The notes: generated from the sequence alone by a model not told the origin. A stretch of DNA of 63,954 nucleotides, filler included, from Aduncisulcus paluster (GCA_024181965.1; 6 parts of 6 records of this genome joined end to end with filler, not necessarily neighbours in it); one strand, 5' to 3'. Positions 1 to 11,861 are shown, counted from the first letter of the whole stretch. Translations and numbers: made by a program.

Positions 1-2730
1 GATACGCATATTAGCTCAATTTTACAGTTCAAAGGATTATGTTTCTCAATGAGTTCTATTTTTAGAATGATGTTTGCGTGTAAACGTGGGTATTCTCTTT
101 CTATTCCTGATTCTCTCTCGAAGGATATTGATATCTGTATTGATACCCTCGGATCTCTAATGATGCAACTGGAATCTAGGAAAGAACATGAAAGTCGTGA
201 CTCTGTTGCAGAGTTTATTGGGACATTATGTCACAATTCCATCGATTCATGCATTGGGCTTACATCTTCCTCCTCTTCCTCTTCCTTGCATTCCATTCCT
301 TCCTCCATCGAAGAGTGTTTGCCTTCTGTGAGACACTTCTTTGAAAGGTGTGACTTGAACCTTTGTCAACAAACAAGAATAATATCACAGAGTCTCAAAC
401 ACATCAACTTCTTACCATTCCACCAAAGTTCCATCCATACATTCTCTTCATCAATCAATACTATAATTAGTGAACTTTCTCATTGTTCTATTTATAGTGG
501 TCACAAAGCTTGGCCAGTTGGTCTCGATTCCATTTGTAATACTCTTGGCAACTTCCTCAAATCTTCGATTACGATTCCTTCTAAACTTAGTTTTCCTGCG
601 GCTATGGCTCCTGATGAAGTATTAGGAGGAGAAGAAGAGGATGATGATTTTGAGGGTATGGGAGTGTCTTGGTTTGGTGAGGAATTTCTGGAGTTTAATC
701 GCATTGTTGCTTCATCTCCCTCATCTGTGTTACTCACGTTTTTATATACCAAAATGCTGATTGAATTGTTCCATGATATGCTGAACTGTTCATATTATAT
801 GCTTAGTTTTGCAGCGATTGACTGTGATATCTCAATCGACTCATTTTGTAAGCACTTGGAATCTGTTCTAAATGCGTCTTTCAACTTTCTCAAGATTGTA
901 CCAACCGGGAGCAAATTATCTATTTATATCGACGATATTTTGGGCAGATGTCTCAATGGTTTTTGTTCTTTGTTGGCTGATGTAGAGGTTAGGAAAGATG
1001 TTGTTCAGAAAGATGTTTGTATTCACAGATTGGTGGTCCTCATTGAGAGCTTAGAACCACACATTTCCATAATACGCCAATTAACTCAGGTCAAGCGTTC
1101 TGTTTTAGTTTTGATCAGTATGTTCGTGAGCTATGATAAATCACCCATGTTGGCTTCAAAGCTTTCCATTTCTTCCTTGGCTTCCGTCTCTTCTCTGTGT
1201 CTTCGTGGTGTCATCAACAGTAACCTCTCGGATGCTTGTGTTTCCCTCGTTGTTCTCCGTAGTATAACTCGTGCCCTTGAGGAACGTCTTGTGTCTAAAT
1301 TTGGAGACATGGATGAGAAAGAAGAGGAAGAGGAAGATATGATCTTGCCACATTCCATGCGTGTAACATTACAAGCTCGCGAAGAAGAATGTGATCACGA
1401 TTGGCAGACTTCTACTCTTCGTGAAATGAGAGAGTCTTCGAAAGCCAAGGAAAGAGTTCTTTCTGATGTTGAGGCTGATTCTGATGGTCGACAGATTCTT
1501 GAAGTGTTTACAACCATTATTGAGGGTATTTTATCTTGTTCCGACACCGATCCTCTTCAGATCAGCCTTCAATTTATTAAAGACCTCAAATCGAGGAAGA
1601 AAGTCCAATCACATGACACTGACCCATTCAGTTTGAATTCTGGATCTTCGTCTGACTTTGGATTCTCGGTTTCAACCTCAATCCAAGGTGGAAGAAGGAA
1701 AGGAAACTCTGCCATTGATACTTATGAACAGGAAAGAATAGAGAAAGAAAGAATGCTTCAGCGAACCAAGCTAATGATCTTACTCGAAGTTCTTTCTGTT
1801 TGTGTTCGGCGTATCCATAACGTGAGTGGAACCTCAAGGGAGAGACTTGATATGCTATTGGGTACAAAGCGTGGTCAGCTCCGTCATTTGTTTGAAGATC
1901 CCATTGTGAAGAGATGTGTTCTGCATCTTTCTGAGGGTTACATCACGTTGACCGATGGAACTTCACTCAATGACGAAGAGAAGAAGAACGTCGTTGCATT
2001 TTTACCGCCAATGTTCTCTCTTTGCGCCTCTTTCTCTGCTCTCTCTTCGAACTATGCCGTAGTTTTGTCCCATTATGCCCTTGAGAGTGTAGCATTTATC
2101 GTCGAAAAGATTAGAAAACTTGCCAAGGTATCTGATAGTTCAATTATGATTGAATTCCTTGACAGAGGCGCTAGAGGAGTCTGGGAAGATAAAGATAGGC
2201 GTCAATTGAGAAGGAAAAGGGAAATGGAGTCGGCTGCAACCGATTTCTGGGCCGGTTCGGGCGTTGTGTCATCTTCATCTTCGCTTTCTGCACTGTCTTG
2301 TGGATGCATTACTCTGCTTTCCAACTCCCTGACACCGTTTTGTGCCATTCGCAATTCTATTATGCGTTCCTCATGCCGTTCGAACGACATTGATGCTGCT
2401 GTCTTGTGTTGTGTTGTTTACTCTATGGTCAAGCTTCTTATCGATAGTTCCAGTGAAGAGACTGAGGATGATTCGACCCCCGGGGTTGATTGCATTGGCG
2501 AAGGAGGAATTGGAAAGCTGAGAAAACAAATGAAACGATGCGTGTTGATTGGATGTCACGGGCTGTTGCGTATCACGTCAAAGGCTGGTTATTCTTTGAA
2601 AGAAACAGAAGCAGCCCGTACTGGGGTGACATTGGAATCACTCAAACAAGCTCACGCAGATTTGAAAGCCTTTGAAGGAGAAGGTTGGTGCGATGAAGCT
2701 CGGAGAATCATTGATCTCATTACAAAATAG
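1..2730 (+). CDS. Large hypothetical, probably alpha-helical protein (5'-partial)
   Basis: Frame is open from position 1 (first ATG at 49) to TAG at 2728-2730. Leu/Ser-rich with acidic linkers; no family recognised. Confidence 0.75.
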   Translation, partial: DTHISSILQFKGLCFSMSSIFRMMFACKRGYSLSIPDSLSKDIDICIDTLGSLMMQLESRKEHESRDSVAEFIGTLCHNSIDSCIGLTSSSSSSSLHSIPSSIEECLPSVRHFFERCDLNLCQQTRIISQSLKHINFLPFHQSSIHTFSSSINTIISELSHCSIYSGHKAWPVGLDSICNTLGNFLKSSITIPSKLSFPAAMAPDEVLGGEEEDDDFEGMGVSWFGEEFLEFNRIVASSPSSVLLTFLYTKMLIELFHDMLNCSYYMLSFAAIDCDISIDSFCKHLESVLNASFNFLKIVPTGSKLSIYIDDILGRCLNGFCSLLADVEVRKDVVQKDVCIHRLVVLIESLEPHISIIRQLTQVKRSVLVLISMFVSYDKSPMLASKLSISSLASVSSLCLRGVINSNLSDACVSLVVLRSITRALEERLVSKFGDMDEKEEEEEDMILPHSMRVTLQAREEECDHDWQTSTLREMRESSKAKERVLSDVEADSDGRQILEVFTTIIEGILSCSDTDPLQISLQFIKDLKSRKKVQSHDTDPFSLNSGSSSDFGFSVSTSIQGGRRKGNSAIDTYEQERIEKERMLQRTKLMILLEVLSVCVRRIHNVSGTSRERLDMLLGTKRGQLRHLFEDPIVKRCVLHLSEGYITLTDGTSLNDEEKKNVVAFLPPMFSLCASFSALSSNYAVVLSHYALESVAFIVEKIRKLAKVSDSSIMIEFLDRGARGVWEDKDRRQLRRKREMESAATDFWAGSGVVSSSSSLSALSCGCITLLSNSLTPFCAIRNSIMRSSCRSNDIDAAVLCCVVYSMVKLLIDSSSEETEDDSTPGVDCIGEGGIGKLRKQMKRCVLIGCHGLLRITSKAGYSLKETEAARTGVTLESLKQAHADLKAFEGEGWCDEARRIIDLITK

Positions 2731-3131
2731 GTCTTGCTAATTAGTAAACGATAATCATCAATCGATGAGTAAAGCTTGTTGAAACCTTACAACTATCATC
2801 AAGACAAGCTACACAAGATGAGATCGAAGATCACTAGGTTATTATTCTTGTTGATTGCCGGAATATCAGACTGGAAGAACGATGGATGTCATATCAATGG
2901 ATTCCACGATCAAGAACCCTTAGAGTCCCGATGAAAATATCCTCATTGATACTGTCCTGGAGATGTACAAGCCTTTCCTTGCTCCTTTGGCGGATTTCTC
3001 CACGTGAGGTCTAAGCAAGGAAACATTTTTGAGAGTTTGTTACTAACACTTGTAGTACAAGCGGGATCATGAGTATTGATCATAGATCCGAGATTTAGAT
3101 ATTGTAATGCATTACATCTTGTCATAGACAA

Positions 3132-6100
3132 CTACAGATCATTTTTACAATTTCTTGAGAATATTGAATAACTTGAATTCAAACCCCCATTATTCTTGCA
3201 CCATTCCATGTTGTTATCATATTTGGGGGATAATTGAGGAACAAGAGATGGAACAGTGGAGAGCATGGAAATGAGTCTGGACCAGCATTTGATTCCCCAT
3301 TTATGTTCTTTCCTCTTTATAACTGTAAACCACCCATCAAGCAGATCCTTAACATTATCATAAATTTCAACAGCATGTGACATATCACAACATAGGCTGG
3401 AAAAGAACCATAAAACTCTTTCATGTTCATCCTCAACAATCTTATCCCCAACAAACTCTCTCTTGACAAAATCAAGAACAGGGTGGAAGAGAGGCCAAAC
3501 TTTATAACAGAAGGATTTGTTGGGAGTTGAATTGTCACTTGAGAGGGTGATAAATGCTAGAATCATCATCCATTCTCCATAACACTTACTATCATTGTAT
3601 ATCCTCAACCAATCTCTGATATATGGTTTGATGAGGGTGAGAATAGAGGATCGAGTGGAAGAAGAGGGAGAGATGGAGACGCTTCTGAGAATAGAGGATT
3701 TGTTTGGGGTTTCCTTATCCCTTGAGAGGGGGGTATGTGATAGAATAGCCATCCATTCTCCATAAGATATACTATGATTGTATATCCTCAACCAATCTCT
3801 GATATTGATAGAGGATCGAGTGGAAGAAGAGGGAGAAATGGAGATGTTTCTGAGAGTTGCTAATAAATTTGAAGCAACAGAACCTCCCAACTTCTCCTTA
3901 CTTCCTCTCTCAAGAATATGATGGAAAGTGGGTGAAATCTTTGGAAGGAAGGAATCTAAAATATCAACTTTGACAGTATAACTCACACAAATCCTACAAT
4001 ACTCTTCATCAACATCTCCTTCCAATACTTCCTCACATCTTGATAGATGACCAATGAAAGTGTCAATGAGATCATTCAGATCAGGAATAGGGAGATAGAT
4101 ATAATCTCCAGAAATAACATGTTTAACAAACCACATTAAACACTGAGCACAAAGAACAATCTCTCTCTTGTGCTCTTCAATCTTACTCTTTGATTGGAAT
4201 GCAAGAAAGACAGAAAGAATCGCATCTCGATGTTCATGATAGAGTTTTGATATTGATTCCATATTGGGGCATTTCTTGATTCCTTCAATTATTTTCAGAA
4301 ATATGAGAATTAAATTACAGTTTTCAAGATATTTTAGGTAATCTACATTCAAACCGCCATTCTGATAGCACCATTCCATCGAAAAACTATATTTGTGTGA
4401 TATATAAGGAACAAGAGATTGAACAGTGGAGAGAATAGAAATGAAATGGGACCATAATATGATTCCCCATTCATGTTCTTCCTTCTTTATAGCTGTAAAC
4501 CACCCATCAAGCAGATTCTTAACATTATCATAAATTTCAACAGCATGGGATGGATCACAACATAAGTTGGAGAAGAACCATAAAACCCTTTCATGATCAT
4601 CCCCAACAATCTTATCCCCAACAAACTCTCTCTTAACAACATCAAGAACAGGGTGGAAGAGAGGCCAAACTTCAGAACAGAGGGATTTGTCGGGTGTTTC
4701 ATCATCACTTGAGAGGGAGATAAATGATAGAATAACCATCCATTCTCCAAAACACCCACTATCATTGTATATCCTCAACCAATCTCTGATATATGGTTTG
4801 ATGAGGGTGAGAATAGAGGATCGAGTGGAAGAAGAGGGGGAGAGAGAGATGTTTCTGAGAGTTGCTAATAAATAATGAGCAACACCACCTCCCAACTTCT
4901 CCTTACTTCCTCTCTCAAGAATACGTTGGAAAGTGGGGGAGATCTTTGGAAGGAAGGAATCCCATTTATCTTTAACTTTATAAGTATAACTCAAACAAAA
5001 CCTACAATACTCTTCATCAACATCTCCTTCCAACACTTCCTCACATTTTGATAGATGACCAATGAAAGTGTCAATGAGATCATTCAGATCAGGAATAGGG
5101 AGATAGATATCATTTCCAGAAATAACATGTGCAACAAACCATCTTAAACACTGAGAACAAAGAACAATCTCTCTCTTGTGCTTTTCAATCTTACTCTTTG
5201 ATTGGAATGCAAGGAAGACAGAAAGAATCGCATCTCGATGTTCATGGTACAGTTTGGAAGTGGATTCTGAGTCAGGGCATTTCAAGATAGTTGCAACTAA
5301 TTCTGACCATTTCTTCAGAGAAGAATAACAGTTACCAAGATATCTTGAATAATCTCCAGCAAGAACTCCATTATTCTTACACCATACCATGTTGTTATCA
5401 TATTTGGGAGATATGCGAGGAACAAGAGATGGAACAGTGGAGAGCATGGAAATGAGACTGGACCAGTGTTTGGTTCCCAAATTACCATCATCTTTCCCTT
5501 CTTCACTCTTCTTCTTTATCATCTCAAGCCAACCATCAAGAAGACCATCTTTAATACAATAATACACTTCAATGGCTTGGAAAGGAATACAACTCAAGTT
5601 AGCGAAGAACAATAAACAACGAATGACAGCATCATCATCAAATGTAATACCTTTGGAAGAAGTGTTCTTAATCACATCCAAGACAGGATGGAACACAAAC
5701 CAGAGTTGTGAGGAACGATCTTTATGAGGGTTGATGTTATCTTTATCATTTGTGATATTCTTCAAGATGTTTGTCCACAAGAAAAAGAACTTCTTGTCAG
5801 GATACTTCTTCATCCAAGGTAAGATATGGGGGAGAAGAAGGGATAAAAGAGAGTTCTTGGTGGGATCATCTGTGGCAAATGCAATTGCCCGACATGTTTG
5901 AAGGATATCCTCAATAAAAGAATCTTCAAATTTCTTGGATAGGCCAAGAATAAACATCTTGGAGATGAGGGAAGAGATTTGGGGGAAAATAGTTGGAGAA
6001 AGCGATAATCCAATCATTTCATCATATGTCGCAATACCAATTATCCTAAACAATAACATTGTGATAGAATTCATTCCAACTTCACCAGTTCCACCTTCTT

Positions 6101-8639
6101 CTTTCTCTTCCTCCTCCTCCTCCCCTTCTTTCACTCTCAGAATATCTTCAACTCGGATCATTGAGGGCAAGAAAGTGTCAATGATGTTCTTGATGGAAGA
6201 ACTATCCAGAATAACCTCAATATCATCCTCATCTTCCTTCAAAGTCCCATCTCCTTTTGGAACTTTATGCTTCACGAACAAGGACAAACATTCGAAACAA
6301 AGCTCAAAGAGATCTATATTGGATGTGATGGCAGATGGTGAAGAAGAAGTGAATTCATCAAAGATAGCCTTGAGACGAGGATATGATTCTTTGTAAAGGG
6401 ATGTGATGGCAGGCTGAGACTCAGTTCTTTTGATTGACACAATCAAGGACTTTAATTCTGATTCTGTCTTCCTCACATTTTCTGACTTGAGTTCTTCTCT
6501 CTTCAATCTCAGTTTAAAAGTTTCAACTTCTTTCCTCAATTGTTCTTCTTTTGAAGCACTTGAACTTGCACTTGATGTTTTAAATTCGGATGAACGACTC
6601 AAACTCAAACCATCATCCCAATTTGATTTTAACACAACACTTTGAACTGATGCATCATCACATTTTCCATATCTTTCAAGCATTTCAATATCATGGCTTT
6701 GTCTTGAACTTTGTATTACTGTTGAAGAAGTAGAAGATGAAAAGATATTCTCAATTTTATCAGGAGCAACACTTTGGCTCTGAGATGTTGCCATGGAAGA
6801 AGATATACTGTATCCAAGATCTGATTTATGGTATGGTGCTTTTTCTTCTTCTTTTCTTGAAGAACTCGTGCCGATAGATAATGATTGTCCATCAAATCCA
6901 CTTTCATATGATGCTGCTCCATCAACAATGCATCCAGAATTACCTTTATGCTTGACAACCTGAGCCTTCACAATATCGTCAATGGATGGACATTCCCACC
7001 CTTCTCCAATCTTTGGAAGAAGAGGTTTGATGGATTGAACTTTCTCACATGATTCATGCACACTCATACGTTTGCCAACATTTAGATTTGTCAATCCTTC
7101 GAATACTGCATTCAGACAGGTATGAACAGGCTCAAACTCGCCACTGTTAATTGTTAATATTGAAGCAAAAAGAGGAGAGCTGGAGAGTTTTGGACAAATT
7201 CCCTTGGATAGCAGTTCTAGGAGTTTTCCAACAAAATCCAGTGGAGAGGCAATATCTTGCAGAACAGGCATATTGTAGAATGGATTACAACACTGAAACA
7301 AAGCAAGGATTGTTGTACCAAGGGAATAAGCATCACTTTTCCGACAGGGCATACCTTGAAGAGCTTCAAATGAGTTATATGCATAAGTACCGCATAATAT
7401 TTCCTTGGTTGACGTTTTTGAACTTATCTGAGATGCTCTTGAGGAAGAAGAATCCGAAGAAAGATATTCAAGAGAGGATTCGATTGATTTGATAACAGAT
7501 CTTTTGATTTGAGCGAGACCATGATCAGAAAGAACCACAGAGCATTCATTATTTTTAGAATCAATCTTAATAAGAAAGTTCTCAGGTTTAATGTCTCGAT
7601 GAATGAACCCTGGATTAGCTTTAAATACATCATCCAGACACTCAATGATCTCAACACAGAGAGCACTCACTTTAAGAGGGTCAAGAGTCATGGGATCAAA
7701 ATGATGAGAGAATGAATCAAGATCTGACATGGAGTCTTCAGAATACTCGCCACTTGAACCTTCAGAATCTTTTTCTTCCTCTTTCTCTCCAATTCCACTC
7801 CTCCGCAAACCTTTTGAGGAAGATGTATCTTTTAGACGACACCAACTTCTAGCAAACCCTTTCACATTACCTCCAGCACAAAATTCCATGACGAATCCAA
7901 AATCGCCCTTGTATTCCTTATTAAGAAGATCAAGAATAAATATTGGACGAGAGATACGATTCTTACAGTGGTTGTATAATTTGCCTTGTATTTTGAACTC
8001 TTTTCGACACTTTCGAACAAGATCTGAATTGCCAACATGAATCATCTTCTTCAGAACACATGGAGAATAAACACCCTTAATATCAACTTTGACAAGCAAC
8101 ACCTCTCCGAATCCACCATGACCAATGATGCACAATGGAGTGATAGAATCGGCAGATGTCAATGTTATACCATCAGATTTGGATATACGCTCGTATTTGC
8201 CTGATTGTTGTTGTTTAGAAGATGAAGGATTATGAAGAGGCTCAGAAGATGACGGGTGATGAAGAGGAGCATTGATTGAAGGAAGAACAGGAAGACCATA
8301 CTGATCTGTCCAATAATCACTCGAACTATCCGATCCATGATCTTTCTTAAGTATGTCTGAATGTGACGAGTGATGAGGGATTGTGGATTGAAGACTTGAA
8401 GAAGCTGAATCCGAACGTAAAGTTGAAAAAGTTGATGAAACGGATGAAACGGACGATACACTATTTTTATCCGTATCCTGAGCAATTGAAGTTTCTTTTT
8501 CAGAGCTACCCGGTTGTACACCATGAGTTGATGTGCTTGATGCCATATATCCCGAATCATCAGGATCGTCTCGTTGGTCATGATCACTTTGAGTTGATGA
8601 CCTCGAAAATTCTTCCTTTTCCTCTTTGTCGTATTCCAT
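3132..8639 (-). CDS. Ser/Thr protein kinase fused to a C-terminal ARM/HEAT-like repeat region (lineage-specific family)
   Basis: 1835-aa ORF. Kinase motifs GHGGFGEV, VLKK, IHRDIKPEN, SDHGLA (DFG>DHG), GTYAYNSFE and SDAYSLG at about 8130-7020. Followed by a helical region with two ~335-aa units starting (I/L)KCPxxES. Confidence 0.9.
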   Translation of the reverse strand: MEYDKEEKEEFSRSSTQSDHDQRDDPDDSGYMASSTSTHGVQPGSSEKETSIAQDTDKNSVSSVSSVSSTFSTLRSDSASSSLQSTIPHHSSHSDILKKDHGSDSSSDYWTDQYGLPVLPSINAPLHHPSSSEPLHNPSSSKQQQSGKYERISKSDGITLTSADSITPLCIIGHGGFGEVLLVKVDIKGVYSPCVLKKMIHVGNSDLVRKCRKEFKIQGKLYNHCKNRISRPIFILDLLNKEYKGDFGFVMEFCAGGNVKGFARSWCRLKDTSSSKGLRRSGIGEKEEEKDSEGSSGEYSEDSMSDLDSFSHHFDPMTLDPLKVSALCVEIIECLDDVFKANPGFIHRDIKPENFLIKIDSKNNECSVVLSDHGLAQIKRSVIKSIESSLEYLSSDSSSSRASQISSKTSTKEILCGTYAYNSFEALQGMPCRKSDAYSLGTTILALFQCCNPFYNMPVLQDIASPLDFVGKLLELLSKGICPKLSSSPLFASILTINSGEFEPVHTCLNAVFEGLTNLNVGKRMSVHESCEKVQSIKPLLPKIGEGWECPSIDDIVKAQVVKHKGNSGCIVDGAASYESGFDGQSLSIGTSSSRKEEEKAPYHKSDLGYSISSSMATSQSQSVAPDKIENIFSSSTSSTVIQSSRQSHDIEMLERYGKCDDASVQSVVLKSNWDDGLSLSRSSEFKTSSASSSASKEEQLRKEVETFKLRLKREELKSENVRKTESELKSLIVSIKRTESQPAITSLYKESYPRLKAIFDEFTSSSPSAITSNIDLFELCFECLSLFVKHKVPKGDGTLKEDEDDIEVILDSSSIKNIIDTFLPSMIRVEDILRVKEGEEEEEEKEEGGTGEVGMNSITMLLFRIIGIATYDEMIGLSLSPTIFPQISSLISKMFILGLSKKFEDSFIEDILQTCRAIAFATDDPTKNSLLSLLLPHILPWMKKYPDKKFFFLWTNILKNITNDKDNINPHKDRSSQLWFVFHPVLDVIKNTSSKGITFDDDAVIRCLLFFANLSCIPFQAIEVYYCIKDGLLDGWLEMIKKKSEEGKDDGNLGTKHWSSLISMLSTVPSLVPRISPKYDNNMVWCKNNGVLAGDYSRYLGNCYSSLKKWSELVATILKCPDSESTSKLYHEHRDAILSVFLAFQSKSKIEKHKREIVLCSQCLRWFVAHVISGNDIYLPIPDLNDLIDTFIGHLSKCEEVLEGDVDEEYCRFCLSYTYKVKDKWDSFLPKISPTFQRILERGSKEKLGGGVAHYLLATLRNISLSPSSSTRSSILTLIKPYIRDWLRIYNDSGCFGEWMVILSFISLSSDDETPDKSLCSEVWPLFHPVLDVVKREFVGDKIVGDDHERVLWFFSNLCCDPSHAVEIYDNVKNLLDGWFTAIKKEEHEWGIILWSHFISILSTVQSLVPYISHKYSFSMEWCYQNGGLNVDYLKYLENCNLILIFLKIIEGIKKCPNMESISKLYHEHRDAILSVFLAFQSKSKIEEHKREIVLCAQCLMWFVKHVISGDYIYLPIPDLNDLIDTFIGHLSRCEEVLEGDVDEEYCRICVSYTVKVDILDSFLPKISPTFHHILERGSKEKLGGSVASNLLATLRNISISPSSSTRSSINIRDWLRIYNHSISYGEWMAILSHTPLSRDKETPNKSSILRSVSISPSSSTRSSILTLIKPYIRDWLRIYNDSKCYGEWMMILAFITLSSDNSTPNKSFCYKVWPLFHPVLDFVKREFVGDKIVEDEHERVLWFFSSLCCDMSHAVEIYDNVKDLLDGWFTVIKRKEHKWGIKCWSRLISMLSTVPSLVPQLSPKYDNNMEWCKNNGGLNSSYSIFSRNCKNDL
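3135..5285 (-). repeat. Two ~1-kb ARM-like coding repeat units (about 5285-4282 and 4281-3135)
   Basis: Near-identical DNA blocks encoding SKLYHEHRDAILSVFLAFQSKSKI, LPIPDLNDLIDTFIGHLS, RDWLRIYN and WPLFHPVLD. Same unit at 31360-32330 and 45635-47690. Confidence 0.9.
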
Positions 8640-9347
8640 CTGTAAAGTATTGATATATATTTATATTTTCTTGGCATGTATTATATTCGATAATTGCGTA
8701 TTTTAATGACAGTGATGAAAATTAATCATTTGGACGAACTAAATTTGATAGAAAATAGATCCTGGCATAATAGATATTAATAACGTACAATATGGAGATT
8801 TTGGAGGTATAAAATTATAGAATGTTGTCCAAATGGCATCAAATGAATCTCTAACAAACCTAACTCATATTATATATTTTAAATGCTTTATTGTGCACAT
8901 TTATGAAATATATTATGCGAATAATATCATAAAATTTGATTTAATTGGTAAGAATGTCGGTTTAATCAAAATTCGCTGTAATTCGCTATTGAAATAACAA
9001 TCTGATGAAATATAAATGAAAACATATTACATTTTGCTGTATAAATATATATTTTGCTATATATCAAGGAAGATAATTGTAATGCAAGAGTTGGCTTTTT
9101 AAGTCTCATTTTGCCCGGGAAAATATGAAATGAATTCTTTTATTGATCTTTAATTGTCTAAAATTACTTAATTGACAAGGTAAGAATAGTCATTTGAGTT
9201 AGGAATAATTCCAATACTGAGTATGATAATGGGGCCAATCAATGATTGCCAATATTAGTGAGAATGAACAATTGTTTGCTCCTCTCCGTCTCATGTTGAT
9301 TACACAAACCTTTATGTATGCTATCAAGAATGTTGCTATTGGATCTG

Positions 9348-10673
9348 TTATTGCGTACACTTCAATGGAGCGTGTATGAACGAATGGAACACATTAAGAC
9401 ATCTGAGAAGGGTTCTGTCTTGCTGCATCTGTTTGTTGTCGTCTTGTGGGACTATCGTTTTTGTTCTTGCAGATCCAATAAAAATAATATCTTTTATTAA
9501 CTCCATCACAGTATGGAACATGAACCAAATCTGTGAGCAGTACTCTTCCAGGGGGTAAACATCCATTGAATCCCTCTGCCGATGGTAATGAACTCGATAT
9601 TCTTCTGTAATCCGATTCAAGATATCTACCCAAACAAACATGAACTTCTTGTTGGTCCCAGGGTACTCCTTCATCCAAGGTAAGATATGAGGGAGAATAA
9701 TTGTGAATAGAGCATCTCGAAATGAGTTTTCCTTTTCGAAACCTTTCAACGTGTTTGTTTGCCAACATAAGATTTTCTGACAAATTTCAATGATATCTTC
9801 AACTAAAGAATTTTCAAACATTTCCTTTTCAGATTCTCCAAGAAAAAAATACTTTAGAAAGAAGAGGAGGTATCTTTGTGGCGATTATCATATCATATCC
9901 CGGAATTGATGTTGAAGATGTTATTAAAGGTGTTGATAGAACATAACCATTAATGATTCTAACTTCTTTTCCCACTTGCTTTGACTTTCATTATTAATTT
10001 AGTTGCAGAAACAGCATTAGTGTCGTCAATAATGTCATCAGTGTTCGTCAAACTTGTTGAGGAACAGGGTGTTGTCTTGGATGTTGGTCTTGGAGGAGAG
10101 TTTAGGATTCTTCTCTTTCCAACTCGTTGGTCTTCTTCTTCTTCTTCTTCTTCCTTTCCCAAAGATTCCTTTCCTAAAGATTCTCCGTTATCATTACGAT
10201 CTGGTTCTTTTGAGTCTTCTGAAGAAGACCATTTCCCAAGAACAGACTCAACCCGAAGGATAGGTTCAAACAAAAATTTGAAAAATTGAGAGAGATGGGG
10301 TATGTTGAACGAATAATCATAATTTCATCATCCTTGGTACCATCATTTTCAAATTCTGCCTCTTCTTTTTCTTCCTCTCCTTTCTTTTCAATTTCTCTTT
10401 TTTTTCTCATTACTACAAGAAACATAGATTCTTCGGACGCATCGACTCTATGCCGTATAAATAATGATAAACACTCAAAGTAAAGAGTGAAAAGATCTCT
10501 GTGTGAGAGGATACTCTCGGAGAATCCTGAAAATTCATCAAATATTTCCTTGATACAGGGGAAAGACCTATCGTACAGGGAGGTCACTGATATTCATTAT
10601 CCATTGTACATTTAATTTCTTTTCGTAGCATTTTGAGTTCAGAAACATATTTATAATCGAGTGGTAATGACAT
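9348..10673 (-). pseudogene. Frameshifted, diverged paralog of the ARM-family N-terminal helical module
   Basis: TSLYDRSFPCIKEIFDEFS...LFTLYFECLSLFIRHRV and FENSLVEDIIEICQ...ILPHILPWMKEYP..KKFMFVW align to ITSLYKESYPRLKAIFDEF...LFELCFECLSLFVKHKV and FEDSFIEDILQTC...LLPHILPWMKKYPDKKFFFLW of 3132..8639. Split over four or more frames from ATG 10673. Confidence 0.75.
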
Positions 10674-11820
10674 TGTTAAATGGAAAGCTTTAGCTGGATT
10701 AATCAGAAATGGAATTTTAATTTGGGGAAATAAATCACAAAAACAGGAGATTAAAACGTCAATTTGATCGGGTATAAAATAGATCTAATATTAATATGGC
10801 AGCAAACAACTTCACAAGTAAACAAGATATAATATCAATAATAGAAGAATATATAAATATTAAAAACCAAAAATACAAATTCTTTTGGATATATAGTACT
10901 TTTATCCTATTTAATAAGTGGACAAATCAATTTTTATTTTTTTGGTTTCCTAAGACCATTCTATCTGCATAAAAGTTCAACAAATAACCTATAAACACAC
11001 GTTAAATCATATTGAGTGATTTAATTTAATATTTTCCCTTTGGATGAGCTATTAATAGAAACTCATTTCCATCTCTGGTTTATAAGAGATAATATAGAAA
11101 AAAAAAATAACTGAATATCAATTTAATCTTTTTAATCAATAAATCTTCGATCCCAGCAAAATTAATGCTTTATCCAATGATTGAGTCAAGCTAATTTTGT
11201 TCAATATACAATTTAACTGAAAGTGATTCCCACCAAATGCATTGTTGCTGATTGCTTTTTACTGAAATATTCAATTCTAAACATCGAAATATGATGTTTT
11301 ATGCTCTTTCTTGGGATGAGTTTTTTATCGACGAGAATAAGAGGATAAAACACGATAAAAGATCGAATTCCGTGTCAAAAACATCATGTGGAGCAAATGG
11401 AATGATTTTTTTGATTTGCTTCCCCTCTTTGTACTGTGCCTTCATAACATCTTCATTGTACAACCTCTTAAGAATATTTTTCCAAATAATTCCCAATATT
11501 CCTGGAATATCGCGATAAAAACGGAGCTTAAAGCCATTGCAACTCGGTATCCATGCCATTATTCCCCATCCAATGCTTGTTGTTGTTTGTCAATGATATC
11601 TGTTTGATTCTTGAACCTTTTGACACATTATTGTTCTTTTTATTGTCATAAAACTGAACTCAAACGTTTGATATTTAACATACTACTCCCTAAAATACCG
11701 CTACAAACTAAAACCGATCAACTTTCTGGTTCTGTTCGTTGCTCCTGGTTTCCATCCATTGTCTCTGAAAGTAATTACCAAATTGACACACCTGCCCTCG
11801 CTTAACTCATTTGAATCTCG

Positions 11821-11861
11821 AATAACACATCAATAACATCAATAACATCAATAACCTCAAT
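11821..11861 (+). repeat. 9-bp tandem repeat (CAATAACAT, ~4 imperfect copies)
   Basis: aataacacatcaataacatcaataacatcaataacctcaat. Confidence 0.75.
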
